64,000 bases of DNA from an uncultured virus (IMG/VR IMGVR_UViG_3300023176_002901). Its lineage: Duplodnaviria > Heunggongvirae > Uroviricota > Caudoviricetes > Crassvirales. Numbering within the stretch: position 1 is the first letter of the stretch; the number at the start of each line of letters is the position of its first letter. The DNA is taken from IMG/VR virus record IMGVR_UViG_3300023176_002901. One strand, written 5' to 3'. Below the pieces are notes generated by a model. The model saw only the letters and a list, made by a program, of their open reading frames with translations, did no database searches and was not told the DNA's origin. Below are positions 7,968-15,926 of the stretch, in pieces. Made by a program: the position numbers and the translations under genes.

Positions 7968-8561
7968 GTTGGAAACCGAAACCTTCGTGAGTCCTTTGCA
8001 ATGTCCAACCGACATAGCATGGTCAACGAGCCATGAGGTTGGGGCGGAGATAGGCAACGAGACACTATAGTCCGCAACGCTCTTTGAAATAGCCCGAGGG
8101 GAGATAGCCACGAGGGATGACTGCTGAAGCCGTGAGGAGTACAAGTACCGAACGGAGGCGAGTGGGAGGTGTTCCCTCCTATGAGCCAAGACAATGACCA
8201 CCGCAGATGAGCGCACCATAGAGTGCGATGGTGAGCAATGGACACGAAAAGACACGAGGGAGGCAGTTGTCGCGGATGGGGAAATAGCCGAGGGATAGCG
8301 GTCAGCGATGAGAGGCAAAATTGAAAGCCTCTGCGATGTAGCCTTACATGGTAGAGATACCATAGATGCGAGAGTAGAGCATGGGACACCATGGTACTTG
8401 ATGGTAGCACGGGGTGAGCAGAGACAAGTAGGTAGGTGCCCGAGTTAGAAAAACCGACATAAAGGTCACATGATTGAGGTGGCGGTGCAGTAGGGGTGAA
8501 CCTACCGCATTGTCATTGGGGCGCATGGTGGTCATGAGGGGTTCGTTTCCCCTCCGCCCCA
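7968..8561 (+). ncRNA. Candidate large structured ncRNA (~600 nt), family unassigned
   Basis: No convincing ORF; many hairpins, some with GNRA loops; long-range helix GACAATG(8190-96)/CATTGTC(8508-14); ends in a tRNA-like element. Confidence 0.65.
8518..8561 (+). ncRNA. tRNA-like element 1 (acceptor + T arm, no anticodon arm)
   Basis: GGGGCG/CGCCCC stacked on GAGGGG-TTCGTTT-CCCCTC; linker contains TGG. Confidence 0.65.
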
Positions 8562-8578
8562 CTAAAAAACCAAGAACC

Positions 8579-8791
8579 ATGAAATACATTCCTTCCACGG
8601 ATGACCAATGGATAAAGTTGGTCACCACGAGCCGAAAGTCCTTCGGCAGAGCCTCCACGAGAGGCGCGAACTACCACGCCAAAGAGCGTGGTTTGGTGGT
8701 TAAGAAAAACCGCATTTCGGATGCTATCCGAGAGGCAATAACCGCCGACTATGAGAACACCCGTTTAGTATATGTGTGTCACGCTAAATAA
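8579..8791 (+). CDS. Early hypothetical protein (70 aa)
   Basis: ATG after an A-rich leader directly behind the tRNA-like element. Confidence 0.7.
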   Translation: MKYIPSTDDQWIKLVTTSRKSFGRASTRGANYHAKERGLVVKKNRISDAIREAITADYENTRLVYVCHAK

Positions 8792-8799
8792 TAGAAACC

Positions 8800-8928
8800 A
8801 TGACTATTGAAGCATTAATTCGTGAAGAGTTGGAACATGACTACTACGCCATGGAAACCAACCCAAGGGTCGACAAAGGCATCCTCCGCTTAATGGAGTG
8901 CGTCATTGAAGACATTCAGGTTAACTGA
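8800..8928 (+). CDS. Early micro-protein (42 aa); stop codon lies inside the hammerhead core
   Basis: Hand-read MTIEALIREELEHDYY...IQVN*; A-rich leader. Confidence 0.6.
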   Translation: MTIEALIREELEHDYYAMETNPRVDKGILRLMECVIEDIQVN

Positions 8929-8968
8929 CGAGGGTTCAGTACCCGAAACGCCGTGAGGCGTCTTAACC
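8919..8968 (+). ncRNA. Type I hammerhead ribozyme 1
   Basis: GGTTAA-CTGACGA-GGGT(TCAGT)ACCC-GAAA-CGCC(GTGA)GGCG-TC^TTAACC; full consensus core; predicted cut after C8962. Confidence 0.93.
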
Positions 8969-8983
8969 AAAAACCTTAATCTA

Positions 8984-9622
8984 ATGATTAATGACTTGAA
9001 AGAAATTCGCTTGGTACGAAACCTCCGAGCCGAATACAATCAGCGAGTGCTAAAGCAGTACCGCACCGAGAATTCTCTCATCACCACTCAAGAGACCCTC
9101 CAAGGGGATGTTTTCCTCTCGCACGAACAACGAGTTGGTGAGCGCAGAACGAGCACTCATTCTTACGGCTTTGAGGCGGACAACACTCGCAAGATGCACC
9201 TCCGCAGAACCAAAAACGCCGAGTTGATAGAGTTTAAGTTGGTGTGTGATATCATCACCATTGACTACAACTTTAGTGAAGAGCCTCGTTTCGTTACTAC
9301 GGAAATGTCCGAAGAGACGGCTCAACTCGCACCTCGTATGAAGGTCATTTACGGCACGAAGGAGGCGAAAGCCCTCCGAGATATGGCTCGTATGCAATAC
9401 ACCCTCAAAGACCTCTACAAGGGCAAAGAAACCCAAGGAATTGATGCCCTTGGTGCAATCAAGCCGGGCATCATCATTGACTGCCTCTCGGAATTGGTTG
9501 AACGAGCAGATGCTGTCTGCGAGTGGGGCACGATATGGGATGCTAAAGATGTTGCATACAAACTTGAGGAAAAGGTTGACTTCCAATTCAAGACGCCGAC
9601 CTTGAATTTCAACGCCAAATAA
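8984..9622 (+). CDS. Early hypothetical protein flanked by the two hammerheads
   Basis: 212-aa ORF, no recognisable motif. Confidence 0.8.
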   Translation: MINDLKEIRLVRNLRAEYNQRVLKQYRTENSLITTQETLQGDVFLSHEQRVGERRTSTHSYGFEADNTRKMHLRRTKNAELIEFKLVCDIITIDYNFSEEPRFVTTEMSEETAQLAPRMKVIYGTKEAKALRDMARMQYTLKDLYKGKETQGIDALGAIKPGIIIDCLSELVERADAVCEWGTIWDAKDVAYKLEEKVDFQFKTPTLNFNAK

Positions 9623-9627
9623 GCAAA

Positions 9628-9680
9628 GGTTAACTGACGAGTGCTTTAGTAGCCGAAACCGCCTCCGGGCGGTCTTAACC
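9628..9680 (+). ncRNA. Type I hammerhead ribozyme 2
   Basis: GGTTAA-CTGACGA-G[T]GCT(TTAGT)AGCC-GAAA-CCGCC(TCCG)GGCGG-TC^TTAACC; predicted cut after C9674. Confidence 0.92.
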
Positions 9681-9695
9681 AAAAACTCTAATATC

Positions 9696-10634
9696 ATGAC
9701 AAAGACCGACATCTTTGAAAAAGTAAAGCAGACCCTCATTGAGGGCATTGAAAAGGACGGCTTGAATTGGTTCAAGCCATGGAAGGATTCACGAGGCGGT
9801 GGTTTGGACGATTGGCGTCCTATCAACCGCAAGACGGGTCAACCCTACAAGGGCATGAACATTTGGTTCTTGAGTTCAGCGATGCGTGACATGGGCTATG
9901 AGCACAACGAGTGGCTCACCTATAAAAACGCACAAGAGTTGGGCGGTAGTGTCCGCAAGGGCGAGTCCTCTACCGAGGTGTTCTTTTGGAACATTGGGTA
10001 TTGGAATCCAACTACCAAAAAAGCCTACAAAAGCATGGCTGATGCCCTCGCCAAGGGTGAGAGCAAGGAGGACATCAAAGAATTCTTCTCGCTGAAGGTT
10101 TGGAATGTGTTCAACATTGCTCAATGCGATGACATTGAGCCACGCAACCCAAGCCAACCCATTGAGCCCGAGGAGGAGAATATCTTCAGCCCTATCGAGG
10201 AGGCGGAGCGCATCATTGCCGAGTGGGACACAAAGCCTCGCATACAACACGGAGGCAACTCGGCTCACTATAGCCCGAGCATGGACTATGTGCAGATGCC
10301 CGAACCAAAAAACTTCGTGGACGGGGACTCTTATTATAAGACGCTCTTCCATGAGTTGGTGCATAGCACGGGACATGAGACGCGCCTCAAGCGCAAAGGC
10401 ATCGTGGAGTTTGATAAATTCGGCTCCGACCGCTATGCGATGGAGGAGTTGGTCGCAGAGAGCGGTTCTATGATGTTGACGGGTCTTGCGGGACTCAACC
10501 CGAAGGATTCCGATGACAACTCGGTTGCCTATGTCAAGAATTGGTCGAAGCGACTCAAGCAAGAGCCAAGCAAGGCGATTGTTGGAGCGCTGACTCAATC
10601 AGCCAAGGCTGTTGAGTTAATCATGGGCAAGTAA
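9696..10634 (+). CDS. ardC: ArdC-like antirestriction / ssDNA-binding protein with zincin-like domain
   Basis: W.KPW, P.N..TG.PY.G.N, WLTYKNAQELGG.VRKGE, VFN.AQ, HELVHSTG and YAMEELVAE motifs. Confidence 0.92.
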   Translation: MTKTDIFEKVKQTLIEGIEKDGLNWFKPWKDSRGGGLDDWRPINRKTGQPYKGMNIWFLSSAMRDMGYEHNEWLTYKNAQELGGSVRKGESSTEVFFWNIGYWNPTTKKAYKSMADALAKGESKEDIKEFFSLKVWNVFNIAQCDDIEPRNPSQPIEPEEENIFSPIEEAERIIAEWDTKPRIQHGGNSAHYSPSMDYVQMPEPKNFVDGDSYYKTLFHELVHSTGHETRLKRKGIVEFDKFGSDRYAMEELVAESGSMMLTGLAGLNPKDSDDNSVAYVKNWSKRLKQEPSKAIVGALTQSAKAVELIMGK

Positions 10635-10642
10635 GCCCGAAA

Positions 10643-10686
10643 GGATGGATGGTCGCAGAGGGGGTTCGACTCCCCCTCCATTCCCA
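10643..10686 (+). ncRNA. tRNA-like element 2 (acceptor + T arm, ends in CCA)
   Basis: GGATGG/CCATTC stacked on AGGGGG-TTCGACT-CCCCCT, then CCA; linker ATGGTC. Confidence 0.65.
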
Positions 10687-10737
10687 AACTTAATAACCAA
10701 ACTCACGAGTGCGAGAGGATAACACGGCACAACTACG

Positions 10738-10959
10738 ATGATGACTAAAAACCTCATCTCTACGGCTAAATGGGGAGGTATGTTCCTCGCCTACAACGCC
10801 CTCTTCTTCTTGGTGGGATACTTGTTTCTCGCCTTGTTCAACGGACTCGATATGTCCACTTGGTGTAATGAGGTAGTGAATCTACTGCATGTAGTTGCGC
10901 CTTTGTTAGGGTTCGCTGTTTTCATGGCGGATATGATTGACCAACCCAATAATAAATAA
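10738..10959 (+). CDS. Small membrane protein (two hydrophobic segments)
   Basis: 73-aa hydrophobic ORF. Confidence 0.7.
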   Translation: MMTKNLISTAKWGGMFLAYNALFFLVGYLFLALFNGLDMSTWCNEVVNLLHVVAPLLGFAVFMADMIDQPNNK

Positions 10960-10963
10960 GGCC

Positions 10964-11149
10964 ATGAAAGAAGATTTGTTAATGCAGATTTCCTCAATCC
11001 TCAGCCACACTCACGCTCATCGGCTACTGATGAAGTTGGGCGCAAAGGTGGGTCTCAATGATGATAGCCAAGAGGAGTTTGTCAATCGGCTTGAAGCGTT
11101 TGCCGAAGAAACAATGCTTGAACTGCTCGATGAGCAAGAAGAAGATTAA
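10964..11149 (+). CDS. Hypothetical protein
   Basis: ATG right after the previous stop. Confidence 0.65.
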   Translation: MKEDLLMQISSILSHTHAHRLLMKLGAKVGLNDDSQEEFVNRLEAFAEETMLELLDEQEED

Positions 11150-11168
11150 TCAAATAAAATTAAATGCT

Positions 11169-11948
11169 ATGGAAAACTACAAGAAAGTCGAATGGAGCGA
11201 CCTCGATGAGGCGCAGAAGAACATCGCCGATGTTGCGTTCAACAAGGTCGATGCGAAGTACCAAGCCCACCTCGAACGGGCTACTGAACTACGCAATATA
11301 TTAATAGAGGCGGGGTTTGACAAGGATGATGTCCGTCACCCTAAATACACCAATGAAGTGTCCGAACGGGAGGAAATCATTGAGTTGGACGGCGAGAAGG
11401 TGAAGGTCTCCAAGTGGATGCATGTCTACTGCGGTGAGGTCATGATTCGTATGCCCAAGGCCATGCACGACGGACTCGGTAACTATTATATGGAGAACCT
11501 ATGGACAAATGTCAAGTTCGATGTGTCCTACCCTCGGTGGATGGCTGAACCCATCTATGATAAGAAGAAACTTGAGTGCGGTGCGCTCTCCAATCGGGCT
11601 ATCAAGCCAAGCACTCTGCTTGAGAAATACAAAGAGCATTGCGAGGGTGTTGAGCATCGTATTAATAGAGAGAACGACTACCGAGTTAAGGCCAAGCGCC
11701 ACCTCTCTATATATAAGGAGAAGTACCCCGATGCTGATGTGTCGCTGAAGCGCACCGAGCGTTGGGTACAAAGCAGTCGCTCAACCCACGGGAATTGGGA
11801 GGTGAAGATTGTGTTCCCGAACGACAACTACGCCTACATCCGAGTCAATCGCTACAACCACAACGATGATGAGATTGTATCGTTCTCGTGGAATGCGTGG
11901 GACACGGCTGACACGGAAGGCAAATTAGATATTCTATCTGCACAATAG
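11169..11948 (+). CDS. Hypothetical protein
   Basis: Long ORF; ATG chosen after an A-rich leader. Confidence 0.8.
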   Translation: MENYKKVEWSDLDEAQKNIADVAFNKVDAKYQAHLERATELRNILIEAGFDKDDVRHPKYTNEVSEREEIIELDGEKVKVSKWMHVYCGEVMIRMPKAMHDGLGNYYMENLWTNVKFDVSYPRWMAEPIYDKKKLECGALSNRAIKPSTLLEKYKEHCEGVEHRINRENDYRVKAKRHLSIYKEKYPDADVSLKRTERWVQSSRSTHGNWEVKIVFPNDNYAYIRVNRYNHNDDEIVSFSWNAWDTADTEGKLDILSAQ

Positions 11949-11967
11949 GTTTTTGGTTAGATAAGTG

Positions 11968-11994
11968 GGGGAGGTGTGCAGACCTCCCCTTTTT
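11968..11994 (+). terminator. Intrinsic terminator candidate
   Basis: GGGGAGGT...ACCTCCCC followed by TTTTT. Confidence 0.65.
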
Positions 11995-12009
11995 AAATCA
12001 AGTAGCATC

Positions 12010-12243
12010 ATGAGTACCATTATAGTAAACAATGTCGAGATGCCCGAGGCGCATGTCGTATTAATCTTCGCCAAGGGGGCGCTGAAGATATTGTCTATGG
12101 GCATGACCATACGCAATGTATCCCTCACCAAGATTAAAAAGAAGTTAGCCTCGGAGGGTATAGTATTAAAGGGGAGAACGCATGTCGCATGTCTCGCCGA
12201 GGTGGAGGAGTTGTTGTCCTCATACGACAAAAAAAGTTCCTGA
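12010..12243 (+). CDS. Hypothetical protein
   Basis: ORF in the early gene array. Confidence 0.65.
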   Translation: MSTIIVNNVEMPEAHVVLIFAKGALKILSMGMTIRNVSLTKIKKKLASEGIVLKGRTHVACLAEVEELLSSYDKKSS

Positions 12244-12283
12244 CCAAATTTTTTATTCGAAACTTTCAAAAGTCATTTGTGAT

Positions 12284-12592
12284 ATGAAACACGCAGAAGA
12301 TATCAAGAAGATGCATGTCCGCCTCTCGGATGGTGGGCTCATCGAACTGCTCTATGCGGATGAGCAAAGGCTCACCCCCATTGCAACCTTTGAGGTTGAC
12401 AAAGACAATCCATTGGAGGATGATTGGTTTGAGTTCATCTATAAGAATGAACCATACGACCTAAACATATGGTCGACCTTCACCCAAGAAGAGGGAGAGC
12501 ACATGGGTGCATCTATCTATGAGGTAATCTTGGATGGAGACACCTATGATACGGATACGGCAGAGTGGGTAACAATTGGAATTTTTTCTTAA
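12284..12592 (+). CDS. Hypothetical acidic protein
   Basis: ORF in the early gene array. Confidence 0.7.
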   Translation: MKHAEDIKKMHVRLSDGGLIELLYADEQRLTPIATFEVDKDNPLEDDWFEFIYKNEPYDLNIWSTFTQEEGEHMGASIYEVILDGDTYDTDTAEWVTIGIFS

Positions 12593-12594
12593 TC

Positions 12595-12843
12595 ATGAGT
12601 AAGATTTCACAAAACTCAGCATTCAAGTGGAGCGCTGAAGATTTAGTTTCAAATGCAGATAGAGCATTTATGAATGGGCACATCAGTGCAGAAGACTACA
12701 AAAGCATTCGTATCATGAGCGATGATGACAAGTTGTTTTACTTGGAGGGTATTGTTGAGCAATTTCAAGAGCATCTAATTGAGTCCATCAATAATGATAT
12801 ATATGCAACCATCGTAGACAACTTTAATCAATTAAAAAAATGA
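12595..12843 (+). CDS. Hypothetical protein
   Basis: Coupled ORF. Confidence 0.7.
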   Translation: MSKISQNSAFKWSAEDLVSNADRAFMNGHISAEDYKSIRIMSDDDKLFYLEGIVEQFQEHLIESINNDIYATIVDNFNQLKK

Positions 12844-13097
12844 AAGTAGTTAGCATTAGATATTGGGAAACTCGCCGAGGCATTGGCTACGAAGCCGTAA
12901 CTGATTTCGGTGGCACGATTTGGAACGATGGGATGGGTGGAGGCACATACCTCATGCCCACTTGGAAGAAGGACGGGAGTAACTTAACCAACGCCCAACT
13001 GCACGACCTACTACCCAACGATGTACGAACGGGGTGGGCGTATGAGCAATTCTTGGACAACTTAATTAACATTTACGAAGGAACGCCATTGCTATGA
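12840..13097 (+). CDS. Hypothetical protein (ETRRGIGY...IWNDGMGGGTY)
   Basis: ATGA overlaps on both sides. Confidence 0.75.
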   Translation: MKVVSIRYWETRRGIGYEAVTDFGGTIWNDGMGGGTYLMPTWKKDGSNLTNAQLHDLLPNDVRTGWAYEQFLDNLINIYEGTPLL

Positions 13098-13354
13098 GAG
13101 ATAATAGTTTACCATGGGAGGTGTTTGACGGGGGCGTCTACGAAGACCTCCTCCTTGACACACAAATTGACTACAAGGCCGAGCGCATTGTAGTAGCGGA
13201 TGAGTGGGGTACTGAAGTTCAGTACCATGTAGTAGATGTACGGGTCACCCTCCGCCACAACGGACGCCAAATAGGTGTTCACTTGGACAATCACTTTAAG
13301 TATGAACTCGAGGAAACCATCAGCAGTTACCTCACAAGAATCAACGAACGATGA
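13094..13354 (+). CDS. Hypothetical protein
   Basis: Coupled ORF. Confidence 0.7.
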   Translation: MRDNSLPWEVFDGGVYEDLLLDTQIDYKAERIVVADEWGTEVQYHVVDVRVTLRHNGRQIGVHLDNHFKYELEETISSYLTRINER

Positions 13355-13554
13355 AAATTAAATTCAGTGGCGATAGCATCGCCATCTACACCTCGCTTAA
13401 CGGACACCAAACAAAAGTCCGCATCGACCATATGGTTCGAGATGAGCGTTGCCTTGGAGGACACAAGGTCTATGTCAAGACAATCGCCAAGGGGAGACCA
13501 AGTAAGAACCCCTTCCGTTATGTTCCTATTAATAGAATCAAGTTCTTGTCATGA
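13351..13554 (+). CDS. Hypothetical basic protein
   Basis: Coupled ORF. Confidence 0.65.
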   Translation: MKIKFSGDSIAIYTSLNGHQTKVRIDHMVRDERCLGGHKVYVKTIAKGRPSKNPFRYVPINRIKFLS

Positions 13555-13718
13555 TGAAGTTTGCTAAGGAGATGCTACTTGCAACTCTCGCTATGATGCT
13601 GATTGGCTCCGCCTCGGTGAGCATTGTCCTCTATCAAGAGGGCTCTGCCGATGCTATATGGGTAGCCATGGTATGCATGACCTCATTCTTTTTATTAATC
13701 ACTAAACTTAAATAAGCC

Positions 13719-14474
13719 ATGCCGAATTGGGTATACACCACAATCAAAACGGACGCCAAGAACGAAGCGTTCGTTAAGGAAGTCATGGGTAAGGGCGGAC
13801 TCTGCGAGTACTACCTCCCCATGCCCGATGAAATCCGTTTCACCAACTCCCCTAATCGTATTATAAGCGAGGAGGAGTACGCCATCAAGGAAGCGCTCGG
13901 TCAAACGAGAGAAGAGAATAACTACACCACATCGTACTACCAAACGCAGGAGATGGTCGATGAACTGAAGGCCAAGTATAGCGCAGAGAATTGGTACGAT
14001 TGGGCGCACATGTATTGGGGTACGAAGTGGGGCGATAGCCGTATGGAGTACGACATAGACGGAGACACCATGTATATTAGATACCAAAGCGCATGGTCAC
14101 CCGTCACTTGGGATATTGTTGAGACCTTCATGACTCATCTTGTCAATGCTGAGTACACATGGGAGGAGGAGCAAGGCTTCGGCGCTCAGGTCATATATAT
14201 AAACGGAGACTTTGATAGCATGTTGGAGTGGGACATGCCCGTGTTTAAGTACACGGCGTGGTTAGACACCGAGGTGCAGTCAAGTACCAACAGCAGTAAG
14301 TTCGTACAAGAAATGTACGGCTACTTGGAGGAGGACTACGAGAACAACATGGGAGTCTACGAGAAGGGGTGGCACTGCTATTCCGATTGGTATACCGAGA
14401 GCAGTCTCGTTACGGATGAGGAGATGATTAAGAAACTTGAATCCATGAAGACCGATGAGCAGATTGAATTCTAA
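13719..14474 (+). CDS. DUF1281/YubB-like ferredoxin-fold protein
   Basis: MPNW start, WYDW...WGTKW and SAWSP motifs. Confidence 0.75.
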   Translation: MPNWVYTTIKTDAKNEAFVKEVMGKGGLCEYYLPMPDEIRFTNSPNRIISEEEYAIKEALGQTREENNYTTSYYQTQEMVDELKAKYSAENWYDWAHMYWGTKWGDSRMEYDIDGDTMYIRYQSAWSPVTWDIVETFMTHLVNAEYTWEEEQGFGAQVIYINGDFDSMLEWDMPVFKYTAWLDTEVQSSTNSSKFVQEMYGYLEEDYENNMGVYEKGWHCYSDWYTESSLVTDEEMIKKLESMKTDEQIEF

Positions 14475-14641
14475 TCCCAAAGAGATGGAGCAGTTCATGC
14501 GAATTGCTATGGCTCGGCTAAGAGGCGAATATAGATTCGCCCCTCAGCGCCGAGCAGTTGCCGCCCGAATGTATACTAAATGGTTAAATAGAAAATGATG
14601 TTTCGTATACCGAGCATCAGTTCAAACCTTAAAACGAAGAT

Positions 14642-14881
14642 ATGAAAACACCAATGCAAGAGTTGATTGAGCAACTCCAAAACAAATACGAACAACTACA
14701 ACAGAGCGGAGACCTTGTAGCCGCTATGTATGTACAAGATGCAATTGAACTTGCACACTCTATGCTTGAAAAAGAGAAAGAGGCAATATGTGAGTTTGCT
14801 GCAAACTATGCTACCGGATGCGATAGTGGAACAATAATCACATCAGACCAAGCATTTAACGAAACCTTTAATGCCAAATAG
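14642..14881 (+). CDS. Hypothetical protein (MKTPMQELI...LEKEKE...FNETF) inside a direct-repeat-flanked cassette
   Basis: 79 aa; 16-bp repeat at 14586-14601 and 14876-14891. Confidence 0.75.
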   Translation: MKTPMQELIEQLQNKYEQLQQSGDLVAAMYVQDAIELAHSMLEKEKEAICEFAANYATGCDSGTIITSDQAFNETFNAK

Positions 14882-15042
14882 AAAATGATGTATAAGTTGA
14901 CCTTTGTCCCCACTCTGCGCAACACCCTCGCCGTTAAGACTTGCGTGTTGGTAAAGAGTGCCGGCTCCATTGAGGAGTTGTCGAGAATGCAGTACGAAGC
15001 CCCCAATCCCTTGGAGTGGATGCTTGAATCTATTGAGGAGTT

Positions 15043-15372
15043 ATGAAGAAGGTAGAAGAGATGTATCCCGAAACGACACAAGCGTTTAAGGAGAAGATGG
15101 AGGAGATGTATGAGACCTTCTGCAAGAAGATGTGGGACTACGGCAGTAATAACATCGCCCTTGGGCGTGACCTATCGGAAGACCACAACAAGAAGATGTC
15201 CCTGATGGGCATATGGTTCCGCAGTAATGACAAGATGTCACGCATCGAGAACATCCTTGAGCGAGGGGACTTGGCGAGCACCGCCAATGAACCACTTGAG
15301 GATAGTTACCTTGACTTGGCCAACTATTCAATCATCGCAACCATCGTCCACAAAAATTTGTGGGGTAAATAA
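15043..15372 (+). CDS. DUF1599 / nucleotide-modification-associated domain protein
   Basis: KK.WDYG..N, R..DK..R and EPLEDSYLDLANY motifs. Confidence 0.75.
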   Translation: MKKVEEMYPETTQAFKEKMEEMYETFCKKMWDYGSNNIALGRDLSEDHNKKMSLMGIWFRSNDKMSRIENILERGDLASTANEPLEDSYLDLANYSIIATIVHKNLWGK

Positions 15373-15528
15373 ATTGTTCGTAAATTAGCAACGCAATCAA
15401 ATCATAAACTATGAATCAACTACCTGACAATCAGGAAGATAGAGTCACTATCGTATCGAGCGACTCGCTCTCCACCATGGTGGACTTGTTCAAATCTTTT
15501 GGCGAATACTTTCAATTTGATAAAGGAG

Positions 15529-15912
15529 ATGTACATGAAGAGTGAGATATGGAAGCAGTCCATAGATGATGGGCTCTCCGCCCATATAGATTACGGCGAG
15601 ACCGAGGCCACCATTCTTTATGGTGTGCGCCTCGAGAAGGCCGGCAACAACTACGATTTTTTTATTGCATACGAGGGAGACTTCTATAGGAAGATGCCCC
15701 CCAACTATGTAGACACCATCCTTGAGTTAGGGTGGCGCAAGGGGCTGTGTCAACTCCTTGTTGACCGATGTCAAAGAAACATCGATTCAAGGCAGTCATC
15801 TTTAGAAAAGCAACTAAATGCAGAGGCTCCCGACCAAAAAGAAATCGACCGACTCGGTGTAGTCATTAGTAACCTTGAAGCCAAGCGTGATAAATACGCG
15901 GTTCAACTTTAA
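15529..15912 (+). CDS. Hypothetical protein
   Basis: ORF with coiled-coil-like C-terminus; start uncertain. Confidence 0.7.
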   Translation: MYMKSEIWKQSIDDGLSAHIDYGETEATILYGVRLEKAGNNYDFFIAYEGDFYRKMPPNYVDTILELGWRKGLCQLLVDRCQRNIDSRQSSLEKQLNAEAPDQKEIDRLGVVISNLEAKRDKYAVQL

Positions 15913-15926
15913 TCAATCAATCAATT

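Noticed and set aside
8055..8182. Group I intron (TATAGTCC) or group II domain V/VI resemblance
   Set aside because: Only short partial matches; no interrupted gene and no complete core could be built.
8518..8561. tmRNA 3' end or a true tRNA
   Set aside because: The acceptor stem closes locally within 44 nt; no anticodon arm and no tag reading frame.
7938..8658. Minus-strand ORFs 7938-8363, 7955-8410 and 8344-8658
   Set aside because: Mutually overlapping, odd composition, antisense to the early transcript; better explained as shadows of the RNA element.
9050..10598. Long antisense ORFs 9050-9832 and 9876-10598
   Set aside because: Shadow frames of real + strand genes; the same applies to most nested ORFs over groEL, the capsid gene and the giant gene.
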